Shown piece after piece: positions 24,901 to 34,912 of a stretch of DNA of 64,000 nucleotides. Below the pieces are notes generated by a model, which saw only the letters and a program-made list of their open reading frames with translations, made no database searches and had not been told where the DNA came from. Position 1 is the first letter of the stretch, and every line of letters begins with the position of its first letter. A program made the position numbers and the translations under genes. Source of the stretch: Mytilus trossulus. Its lineage: Eukaryota. Where the stretch lies: assembly GCF_036588685.1 (NCBI RefSeq), contig NC_086373.1, positions 30,814,001 through 30,878,000 on the forward strand, written 5' to 3'.

Positions 24901-27358
24901 ATTAATTAGGCTTGTTTAATTTTCTTAAAATTTTGAGAAAGTATTTACTTTGAACTTTTGACAAAAATATAAAAATTTCAAAAAATTGAACCAACCGTTT
25001 AATCAGAAAAATTACACTGGTTATATAGCAGTTTGACAAAAACTTATTTTGATCATTGAGAAGCTTAATATTCCCTTAACAGCACGACGTCATTAAAACA
25101 TTCTGTTGATTTTACAGAGTTATCTCCCTGTAGTGTTAGGTACCACCTTAAGTTTAATAACTACAAAAACAAACAAGAAATGTTGGTGATCTTCAGATGT
25201 TGTCTGTTCTATGGTCGGGCTGTTGTCTCTTTGACACATTCCCCATTTCCAATCTCAATTTCAAATATGTCAACATAGATTAAGAAAAAGGTATATTGAC
25301 AAAGCATATTAGCAATAAGCCCCGCCTACTAACACAATATGGAACCCCACTTACCCATCTGGAATATTCACGGTCTCCATGCGGTTGCCTTTAACCAATC
25401 ATATTCCTAAAATTGTAAAAGAGGTTAGATAGAAACAAATACTATGGCACAATAATGCAATGAAGGGGTTGTATAAGTATCGATCCATATCAAAAGGACT
25501 AAACAATAAAAGAAATAATTTACAAAGACAAATACAAAAAATACTATAACACGATAGTAAGATAGTAAACAACGTTTGTACCTAGAATCGATTCTTCAAG
25601 AAGTAAAAGCGTTGACCAAGCTCACAATATTAGAATGAAGCACATCCGCGCTTCATACAAAGTGTACAAATAAACTCATCATAGATACCAGGAATAAAAT
25701 TTAATATTAAAGCCAGACGCGCGTTTCGTCTACAAAAGACTCAACAGTGACGCTCGAATCAAAAATGTTATAGAAGGTCAAACAAAGTACGAAGTTGAAG
25801 AGCATTGAGGACCAAAAATTCCTAAATGTTTTGCCAAGTACAGCTAAGGTAATTTACAAAAGAAGTATTCAATTCTTAAGTTAAAACGAAGTAAACTATA
25901 CCACTTATTGTAATATAAGTATAGTGATTAATATTTTTCAGAGTTGAAACTGCTTTGGATTGTGCAATTCCATACTGGGATCCAACTCTTGACAACAGAT
26001 TAAAAAATCCATCAGATTCATGTTTGTTTACGAAAAAATTTGTAGGAAGTCCAAATGGAAAAATTGGCTATCCATTTAACAACTGGAAGCATGAGGGAGG
26101 AGGATATGTAATACGCAATGTCGGGGGTTTTGGAGGTGAGTTACTAACAAAGAAAAATGTAAACGATGTTTTGTCCAAAAAACGTCACTCTGAGATAACA
26201 AACAGTAAAAGTAGACGTTATTTCCTGGAGGAACTGCACGGTAAATGTCATTCTTTTGTCGGCGGTAATATGGCAAAACTGATAACTGCACCACATGATC
26301 CTTTGTTTTGGAGCTTGCATGCATTTGTTGATTGCTGGTGGGAAAAATTTAGACAAAAACAACAGAAAAATGGAATCAATCCAGAAAAAGATTATCCTTA
26401 TACTAGAAAGATAGGACACCGACCTTACGATTTGATGGATGGTTTTGGAAAATTGACAAATCAAGGGTTTGGCATATCAGAAAAATTTACCGTATCCGAT
26501 AAAACACACACATTTAAGAGGTTTCGAAATATAGATGGATTTTCTAACCGTTTCACTAAGGACATATACACATGTCAGCCGTTTCCGTCTTGTAGTAAAA
26601 GTAAACCAAGCTGTGGGTCTCCCTGGCTTGATTGTAACAAATTAACATGGGAGTGTGTTCCAAAAACAAATAAAGCCGATCTCGATAGATTAGATGCAAC
26701 TCCAAGTTTTCTAAACACCGTGCAAAATCCATTCGAAATTAATGGAAATGCAGATTCTAATCAATGGGTTTATATAAATTGCTTAATAGTGTTTAAACGC
26801 CCACGAAATGTCACGTTTAATTCGTTTCCAATTCACAAGGGTATAACATCAAAAAAGAATGATATTTATGCTGATAGGAGCAAGAACTTAAAAAAATCTT
26901 TTCCTAAGGCATACGAAAAACACATAAACATTGGTTCGGGATTCGAAAAGGTGAATATTCGTGTGGAAGGGACAAATTACGATGGCAGGTCAGTAGAGTA
27001 TGCTATTGTAGACGATAGGTTTGGGATAAGTGAAGCAATGACCTATTTACCTGTACGGAAACCAATGAACCATAAAGCGACACAGGTATTGTTAACAGCA
27101 TTCGACACAGGTGGCAGGTTATGTCGACCCTATTGCAGAGACAGAAAAGATCCAAAAAAATTTGTTCCGTGTACAGGCTGCTTAAAGATAGATACCAATG
27201 AACCTCGGATCTACAGTAATTCTTATGCTGAAAGTGTATCGAAAAGATGGAATTTGCATGATAGCAATGATATAAGCTGTCCTAGGTCGAGCAATGACGG
27301 AGTGTATATCAAGTTCTTCTGTAATTTTCTAGACTTATGGCCATGGGAAAAAGTATGA
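15905..27358 (+). CDS. Tyrosinase/catechol oxidase-like type-3 copper protein A (secreted), 631 aa; exons 15905-16270, 21748-21860, 25942-27358
   Basis: 366+113+1417 = 1896 nt in frame across GT-AG introns of phase 0 and 2. Signal-like N-terminus MLGNICLCLISIVIHYTTA, RKEYRML motif, CuA histidines (NFH, AHFG, FLPWHR), IPYWD, CuB histidines (ELHGKCH, DPLFWSLH). An acceptor TTTTTTTCAG just before the ATG implies a 5'UTR exon. Confidence 0.93.
16380..16918 (+). mobile_element. Penelope-like 3' repeat interrupted by a retrozyme-type insertion (16530-16722)
   Basis: The flanks match 18500-18835 (GACCGTTATG...TGTTCCTTA...GTGACCTACCGAATT...ACCCTTCCGGAGCACC). The host motif GGATCTGCTTACCC is split by the insert. 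Confidence 0.8.
16645..16688 (+). ncRNA. Type I minimal hammerhead ribozyme with intact core (retrozyme/Penelope type)
   Basis: Stem I GCGUCA/UGGCGU, core CUGAUGA (16651-57), stem II GUCU-uaugu-AGAC, GAAA (16671-74), near-palindromic stem III ACGUGCGU, cleavage triplet GUC ending at 16682. Confidence 0.85.
17276..17421. mobile_element. GC-rich MITE with TIR CAG(T/G)GGCGGATCCAG
   Basis: CAGTGGCGGATCCAG...CTGGATCCGCCCCTG. TSD unclear. Confidence 0.75.
17463..17650. mobile_element. TA-flanked MITE (Tc1/mariner type)
   Basis: TA|CTGTAAACCAACT...AGTTGGTTTACAG|TA with internal CGCGAAA repeats. Confidence 0.8.
18152..18835 (+). mobile_element. 5'-truncated Penelope-like retroelement: RT C-terminal part plus 3' region (short tails also at 2622-2810, 9895-9990, 17143-17207)
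   Basis: ORF LEIKDTTD...SASYLDLHL...KTKLYHKRDDFSFPILNFPFLSSN...YGVYISHMIRYSRAC, stop at 18557. The downstream sequence is repeated several times in the window. Confidence 0.8.
19213..21038. mobile_element. Non-autonomous Kolobok-type DNA transposon (TTAA TSD) carrying a nested Helentron/HINE
   Basis: TTAA|AGTCATATGAAAC...GTTTCATATGACT|TTAA. TTAA TSD with purine-purine ends fits Kolobok rather than piggyBac. Confidence 0.75.
19309..20602 (+). mobile_element. Helentron-associated non-autonomous element (HINE/DINE-1 type) with ~502-bp internal tandem repeat
   Basis: 5' GCTCACCTGG...CCAAGTGAGC inverted repeat, (GTCC/GTC)n microsatellite at 19356-19420, two long units starting at 19424 and 19926, 3' sub-TIR AGGTGAGC and hairpin AGGCTCTTTAGAGCCT, inserted in a T-run. 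Confidence 0.85.
24905..25147. mobile_element. Terminal fragment of a TTAA-flanked DNA transposon
   Basis: Ends ...GTGTTAGGTACCACC|TTAA. The motif TTACAGAGTTATCTCCC recurs at ~57537. No second end found. Confidence 0.5.
25670..25852 (-). mobile_element. Retrozyme-type repeat; hammerhead (25711-25754) with core mutation CUGUUGA
   Basis: Reverse complement reads GCGTCA CTGTTGA GTCT TTTGT AGAC GAAA CGCGCG TC TGGC. Confidence 0.8.
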
Positions 27359-27617
27359 GTCAAACGATTATTTATCAGATATGTATTTAACTTAAACACA
27401 TTACAATTTACACTGATAAAACTTCTGTACTGCAAAAAATTGTGTTTTGGAAATTCAAATGATGTTCCTTATTATTACCTGAATGATGCTTCTTAAAAAA
27501 AGACGTCTGTCATGTTTCATTAAAAAAATTATACCATTCCTGTTTATCATTTTATCTGCTTATTTTCCATTGTTAAAGTATTGGAGCTAACAGTCAGTTA
27601 CTGTATAGTGGTATTAA

Positions 27618-27870
27618 GGATGTACACCTCTGAGGAGCCAAAAATTTCTAGAATTAACCTTTTTTTTCTAAACCTGATTTTTTTTAGTTTATATGACTTT
27701 AAAAAAATAATTGGTGAAGAAAAAATCATGTAGTGGTGTACTTCCTTTCTTGCTACGGCCCTTTGAAGGTACCCAATTTTGATGATTTTACCAGTTTTTT
27801 TCAATTTTAACCTATTTTTGGGCTATTATCATGAAACAAATCACCATTCCACAATTAAACTTTTTGTCAT
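27618..27870. mobile_element. Partial inverted copy of the Kolobok-type element at 29923-30670
   Basis: TTAA|GGATGTACACCTCTGAGGAGC... is the reverse complement of ~30420-30670. Confidence 0.75.
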
Positions 27871-27989
27871 ACATGTACTTTCAAAAAAGATGAAGGGACC
27901 AATCTGAATAAATTTGGATTTTTTATCAACATATTCATCGACTGGTTTTACATTCATCAGCCGGTAATCTAATCCAGACTGTACAATAT

Positions 27990-28190
27990 ATATAGGAAGA
28001 TATGTCAATGAGACAACTCTGCATCCAAATAACAATTTATAAAAGTAAACCATTATTGGTCAAGGTACAGCCTATAACACGGAGCCTTGTCTAACACCGA
28101 ACAACAAGCTTTAAAGGGCCACAGAATTGCTGGTGTAAAACCATTTAAATGGGAAAACCAACGGTCTAATCTATATATATATATATAAAA
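27990..28190 (-). repeat. Interspersed repeat family AGATATAGGAAGATGTGG...AATGAGACAACTCT (copies at 31704-31990 and 40117-40535; opposite orientation at 61560-61750 and 63900-64000)
   Basis: Near-identical copies share one end, and the family is related to the 3' end of the Penelope-like element at 28633. Confidence 0.75.
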
Positions 28191-29039
28191 CACTATCTGG
28201 CTTTGTATTCATATGAATCAGAATTTACACAATATTTTCTCAAAGATAAAACGAAAAAAAGTATTATTTTACCAGTACTTCTAAAAGTTCTGATATGTTT
28301 ATGATGTCTTGTCAACAGAGATAAATTTAGTAAGTTTTTGCATAAATTTATCTCAGTCGATTAGAAATAGCAATGAATTGAGAGAAAACAAATATGGGTA
28401 ACAAACTAAAACTGAGAGAACATATAAATAAAATAAGAGGAAAACAAAGTAACAAACATGTTCACTTAACTGTTTCAAAACTAAACGCCAATACGAATAA
28501 ACATAGAAACGAACTACTAGTATTGGATTTCTACTGCCATCTTCCTGATTTAGTATAGGACATGATAAGTATGTAAGTTATGTCAGTGAACTTGCTCTTA
28601 TATAGATTGTTTTACGTTTTTTGTTTTATACTTAAAAAAGAAGATGTGGTATGATTGCAAATGAGACAACTCTCCACAAGAGACCAAAATAACACAGAAA
28701 TAAAAAAAACTATAGGTCACCTTACGGCCTTCAACAATAAACAAAGCCCAAACCGCATAGTCAGCTATAAAAAGCCCCAAAATGACAATGTTAAACAATT
28801 TAAATGAGAAAACTAACGGCCTTATTTATTGACAAAAAAATGAACGAAAAACAAATGTATAATACATAAAAAAAACCGACAACCACCGAATAACAGGCTC
28901 ATTGACTTAGGACCGGCACATACATACTGTAGTGGGTTTAAACATGTTAGCGGGATACAAACCCTCCCCCTAACATATAGAATAGTGGTATCACAGTACA
29001 ACATAAGAACGAACTATAAAAATCAGTTGAAAAAGGCTT

Positions 29040-29303
29040 ATCATATATCTTCTGTATAGTCATTTTATAAAAGTTACTGTTTGCAAAAGTATTATTAATA
29101 CTCTAAATAATAGGGATGTTCTGGTACCTAACAGAAAACCCTGGCCGTTTTTGGCACAGTTTTTTTGAACTTTTGGTCCTCGATGCTGTTCACTTTTGTA
29201 CTTGTTTCGGCTTTCAAACTTTTGTATCTGGGCGTCACTAATATGTGTGGACAAAATGCACTTCTGACGCATCAAAATTTTAAACTTGTTGCCTTTTGTT
29301 AGC
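29040..29303 (+). mobile_element. Degenerate retrozyme-type repeat
   Basis: GGCCGTTTTTGGCACA...TTTTGGTCCTCGATGCT...GGGCGTCACTAATATGTGTGGACAAAATGCACTTCTGACGC aligns with 16530-16722. The core is partly deleted. Confidence 0.6.
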
Positions 29304-29922
29304 TATTAATCGTGTGTTTCTGTGTCAATTGTGTTCTCCTATTTATTTATATTGTAGTCCTGTAATGTTGTGTTGTCATTTTAATGTTATATTTCACATG
29401 GCCATAAAAGAAGGAGGTTTGGCATGCCACAAAACCAGGTTCAACCCACCATTTTTTCCTTTAAAAATGTCCTGTACCAAGTCGGGAATATGGCCATTGT
29501 TATATTATAGTTCGTTTATGTGTATGTTACATTTTAACGTTCTGTTTCCGTTGTGTCGTTTGTTTTCTCTTATTTTTGAGTGTGAATTCACACTTACTAT
29601 AAGACGTGTCACGGTACTTTCATGTATTTGGTTTTGATGTTATATTTGTTATTCTCATTGGATTTTGTCTAATGCTTAGTTCGTTTCTTTGTGTGTTACA
29701 TTTTAATGTTGTGTTGTTGTTCTCCTCTTAAATTTAATGCGTTTCCCTCAGTTTTAGTTTGTTACCCCGTGTATACTACTGTTGCTTTTATTTAACTCAT
29801 CAGATGGACAAAATACAATTGGACTTGACCGGGTACTTGTACATCCCAGCAACAAAAAGACACTAAGTACAGATCTGAGAGTACTCGCATTTAACTGACA
29901 GCTAGTTCAAATCCACTATTAA

Positions 29923-30670
29923 GGATGTATTCTTCTGACTTTTCAGTCTCGTTGAAATCTCGTTCTTGAAGTATTTCCAAAACATGTGATACCAGTTAAC
30001 AATATCAATGAATTTAAAAAATATTATAATCAAACATAACTCTGTGAAAACGGTTTTTGAGTAATCCAGTTTTCAAATTTTACGACTAACCGAGTCAGTA
30101 GTTTTAGCCAAAATTTTGAGAAAATGGGTGAGGGGTACAAAAAATGATTTTACAAGAATCATGTACATCCCATATCATTTTGGTCTTTTAAAACTATTTA
30201 GATATGTATCTTTTAACCATTTATAACAAAAAAAGTTGAAATAGTATACATATTGTTCTTAAAATTTAGAAAAATCACAAAAATACAAAATTAACAGCAT
30301 GGTAAATTTTAAACAAAAAAGCGTCAAAACATGATAAAACTTTCTTATATTAACACCTACCTATAGTTTTTTTAAGCAAAATTTATTCAGATTGGTTCAC
30401 TTCATCTTTATAGAAAGTATGAAAAAAAGTTTAATTGTGGAACTGTGATTTTTTTCACGATAATAGCCCAAAAATAGGTAAAAATCGATGAAATATGGAA
30501 AAATCATAAAAAATTGGCATTTTCAAAGGGCTGTAGCAAAAAAAGAAGTGCACCACCATATGAATTTTTCTTTACCAATTATTTTGTTAGAGTCTTATAA
30601 ACCCAAAAATCAGGTTAAGAAAAAAAAAGTTAAATTTTAGAAATGTTTTGCTCCTCAGAGGTGTACATCC
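29923..30670. mobile_element. Non-autonomous Kolobok-type DNA transposon (TTAA TSD)
   Basis: TTAA|GGATGTA...TACATCC|TTAA. The flanks rejoin into the host repeat seen intact at ~39300-39350. Confidence 0.8.
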
Positions 30671-32003
30671 TTAAGTTATGAAAAAATCATGCATCTAAGA
30701 CTAAATTGTCAATCCGTACATCCAACATCATATAGGTTTAGTGTAAAGACGTCATAATCGGTCAGAGAAAAACATGACATTGTGCAATGCCAAGATACAA
30801 GTATTGACAGATTATATATCCATGAATGTGTATATGTATATAACATACTCGAAATATGCTTTTAATTTACTGATAACAAAATCAATATTTATACCAATAA
30901 AAACAATATTCAATTATCTTATTACAGTGTTGCTTGGTAACCTTTTAGAATAAGTTTATTTAAAGGAGCGATAAGTTTACCAGGATCATTTCTAAATTTC
31001 CTGGCACGATTAACAACAATTCCGTAAAAATGAGGATGTGCTATCCCGTTTGAAATAAGTTTTCTACGGGTACAACCAAAATTCAAAACCAAATCTTTAT
31101 ATCTATAAAAAAAAAAATAGTAAAGGTTTTTAGTAATTTATGGTTACGAAATCCCTGGCTTAATTATTTACCAGTAATAGATAGATTACGTTTGTAAAAA
31201 TCAAAAATGTCACAACAGACACTGGTATAGCGAACGAGGTGTGAAATATAAACACCGTAAGATGGTGCCAAATTACCATCTAACTGTGGTTTAAATTTGA
31301 TTTATTTAACGAAAGTCTATTGGGGTAAGTTTCAGCAGTATATTGAGAAAATTCTTGATTATTTTATTATATTGAACGAAAAAAATTCTTCAAGATAATG
31401 GTAAGTGATGTTGAATATATCAATTAAATCCAATTTCGGCGGGACGTTTCTGAGTTTGGTCATAAACTGTGATTCATAACAGTACAAAAACAAGTCTGCT
31501 ATTAAAGGGGCGCAATTAGTGCCCATAGGGATACCTACAACCTGTCGATAAACTTTGTTGCCGAAACGTACATTAATATTATCAGGGGGGAAATTAACAG
31601 CTTCAATCATCTCATAAGTATATCTAGCATATTTACCTTTCTCGTTAGAGTAAAAGGCTTTAAATGAGTTATAGCAAATATATTGTTTTCAAATTTACCA
31701 AATAGATATAGGAAGATGTGGTGTGAGTGCCAATGAGACAACTCTCCATCCAAATAACAATTTATAAAAGTAAATCATTATAGGTCAATGCACGGTCTTC
31801 AACACGGAGCCTTGGCTCACACCGAACAACAAGATATAAAGGGCCCCAAAATTACTAGTGTTAAACCATTCAAACGGTAAAACCAACGGTCTATTCTATA
31901 TATAAAAAAAACGAGAAACGAGAGACACGTATAAATTACATAAACAAACGACAACTACTGTACATCAGATTTCTGACTTAGGACAGGTGCTAATGACCAT
32001 GTA

Positions 32004-34912
32004 CACGGTGGGTATGGTTGTCCTGCGAGAGAACGTACTGTGCTGGTGATTCGGTCCTGACGGGTGCTGGTGATCAATGAAAAAATGTAAACAAAGACGA
32101 AAATGATGATTTTTGACGTTTTCACTCATAAAAAATGGAAGAAAACAGTTGAGATTTTTCAATTTCGTTTCTTATGGGTTCATATATAAACCATTAAAAA
32201 ATTGACCCTCTAAACTGTTTCAGTAAGCGTAACACAAAAATGCTCATTTTCAGAAAATCTCGAACTGAAAAAATAAAACAAAATGCTCATTGAGTCCGCT
32301 TTCTATACCGCAATCCACACGACAAAACAATTTTGTGAAAAAACATTGCAATTTTAAAATTTAGCATTTTCTCAATTTAGTCATGTCCTGATACTGTGCT
32401 GGTGGGTCCTGTCATTGTGCTGGTGGGTCCTGATACGGTGCTGGTGATTTTGGATAAGAAGTTGGTCATATTTGAAACAAATGTTACAAAATCAATACAG
32501 TTAGCCAGATAATTGTTGCCAACAGGATCTATAACTCCTATTTTAGCTCTTGTGCATCCATTTGGCTGTTTAATATGTGTTTTCAAATGATCTGAACTTG
32601 TATTACATAATAACATAAAAGGGCAACATCTTTCGTCCAATATCAGATAACAATATATAGTATCTAAAATAAGTTAAAAATTCCACATTACTATATAATT
32701 CATTTTATGTATTTTTGTATTTAAAATGATTCGTTGTAACGAGAATATTTGTGGTGAATGGAAACTGTGAGGGTCACAATCTTAAATTGCTTATAAATGT
32801 TGCTGGACCCAGTTTCGTTATCTGATCTGAATTTTCTAAAATAAGCAAGGTAGATAGACATTTTGATTTTTTTTACTCGATAATGAACCATTGTGTTGAT
32901 CCCATGCTAAACATAACAAAAATCTCTGTACAAAGGTCTGTGAATTCTCTACAAAAATAGTGATTTTATTTTCACTAAATTCTCTTTTTCTACTAAATAC
33001 AATGCTTTGCAAGAAGTTTCCCCTTGATATATATACAAAATTATATCTCTATTATTCATTGTCTGTGCTGTTTTGATACTATTGCAGTTTGCACATTTCG
33101 GAATTGACAGGCCACAGGAGGGGTCATAAACCGTGCACGAAAAGATAAAATATTGATATAAGTACTTAATTTGCATCTTTGAACCCCCACCCGGTTTGTT
33201 TTTTAGGAGCCTGTGGTGTTTAAAAATGGTCGATTACAGACAGCTGAGTACGCATTTTCCAGGCGTGTTATTGCATGTTGATTGTTAAAGTCCTGAAAAC
33301 GGATAGATGGAAACAAAAATGTTTGATATATCTGGCTTTAGATTCAGTTTTTTTTAAATAAAAATTAAGGCTACATTATAATATAATAGTTCTATGAATT
33401 CACAATATAAAAAAATGCAGAAAAAAAAATGAATGAAGTGAAATATCTTAGTAAGGAGTCATTACTACAGAAATGGTGTGTTTGACACACAACACTTAAA
33501 AGCTTAGTGATATATATTTCCAATATTAAAATAAAAGTGTATTTTAGTTGGGTATTTTTTCCATTTACTCATTTCAATTATAATCAAGGCACATTTTATT
33601 TTTATTCATGAAAAATATTTAAATATAGAAAAGAAGGGCACATTGTTCACTTCCTCCCCCGTAATTCTTTATCAAAAATATTTATTTTGAAATGAAAAAG
33701 CTAAGAAATCTTAATTTTGTTAGTGTTCTCTATGTTATCTCGTCTTCATTCTCTGACATATTCTAGCCTGCCCTTTCATAAAATAGTGATTTTTTTTAGT
33801 GTTCTATCGAACTTTCGAAAAGAAAAAAAACCTGATAACCGTTTAGACAAAAAAAATATGTTGGAAAAATCTAACAGCAAGTGATTCTTAACAGCTATAA
33901 GATACATTTTTCTTTTACAATACAACTTTTAAATCTTACGGGAAACTTTTCCAAGCTTTCACTGTAACCTCGCTCTAACTTATCCCCATCCCTCCCCACC
34001 CCTACCCTCCATCCCCCAAAAAACACCAAACAAACAAACCCGCAATACTATTGTCATTCTTATAGTCAGCACTCAATTGTTCACAAACAAATGTGTTTTA
34101 AGCTGCTAAAGACATGATTCAAACGCTCAGAAAGTCCTTTGTTCTATATTTTTGCTCTCCATTTTTATGTAAAACCTTTTACATTTTTATTTTATGGGTT
34201 ATTGTTGAAGGTCGTACGATGACGTATGTTTGTTAACACATACTTCCTTTGGTTTCTTATGGAAATTTGTCCATTGACAACAAACATACCACATCATCTA
34301 CTTTATATAAGTAGTGTTTAAACTATGTACAACGTATTTTGGTGATCTTGCAAAATGATCGTAATCCCGAAAATCGTAAACATATTTTCTTATCTTAAAA
34401 GGGGGCAAGAAGGGTTCCATTAACAGGCCAATAAATAAGATTACAGTTAATTTAGAAAAAAAAATAAAAAAATAGGGGTATTTTTTCTCTCATAATAACA
34501 GTAAACAGATTCACAACAATGTCAATTTCAAGAAAGCAGACAACAGCTAATTAGTCAATAACAGTACAGCATCAATGATCTTGAATATATGCCACTTTTA
34601 ACTAAAATATAAAAGCACAGAACCAGGACATAGAAGCACAGAACCAGGACCGTTTTCTTATCACCAGAACAGCGTCAGGACAATTCCGTTTAACGAACTT
34701 GCACGACTTTTGCAATATAATATTGTTCTAATATACTTTGCATAGTACTTATGACACATCAGAGAAAAATTAAGCAACAAAACAGTCGTTTTATTGCCGT
34801 TCTGATACAATGTAAACAAACCCACCAGCACAGAATCAGGACCCACCACGACCCGTCAGGACCAAATCACCAGCACAGTACGTTCTCTCGCAGGACAACC
34901 ATACCCACCGTG
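32004..34912. mobile_element. 2.9-kb non-autonomous DNA transposon with ~60-bp TIRs starting CACGGTG and a 5-bp TSD (Transib/RAG-like signature)
   Basis: CACGGTGGGTATGGTTGTCCTGCGAGAGAACGTACTGTGCTGGTGATT.GGTCCTGACGGG is inverted at both ends. Flanks are ATGTA and ATTTA. ~21-bp subterminal repeats (GTGCTGGTGGGTCCTG) occur at both ends. No transposase ORF. Confidence 0.8.

Noticed and set aside
26076-26464. Antisense ORFs overlapping the tyrosinase, GST and LINE exons (also 41179-41430, 42711-42965, 54883-55080, 46192-47673)
   Set aside because: These are shadow or alternative frames of real coding sequence with no independent motifs.
32004-32050. A bona fide V(D)J recombination signal sequence
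   Set aside because: Only the heptamer resembles an RSS. There is no nonamer at 12 or 23 bp and the two ends are symmetric.
32385-32450. 21-bp repeats and the ORF ending TSTVSGPTSTMTGPTSTVSG as a mucin-like protein or CRISPR-like array
   Set aside because: They are subterminal copies of the TIR motif of the 32004-34912 transposon, with no unique spacers.
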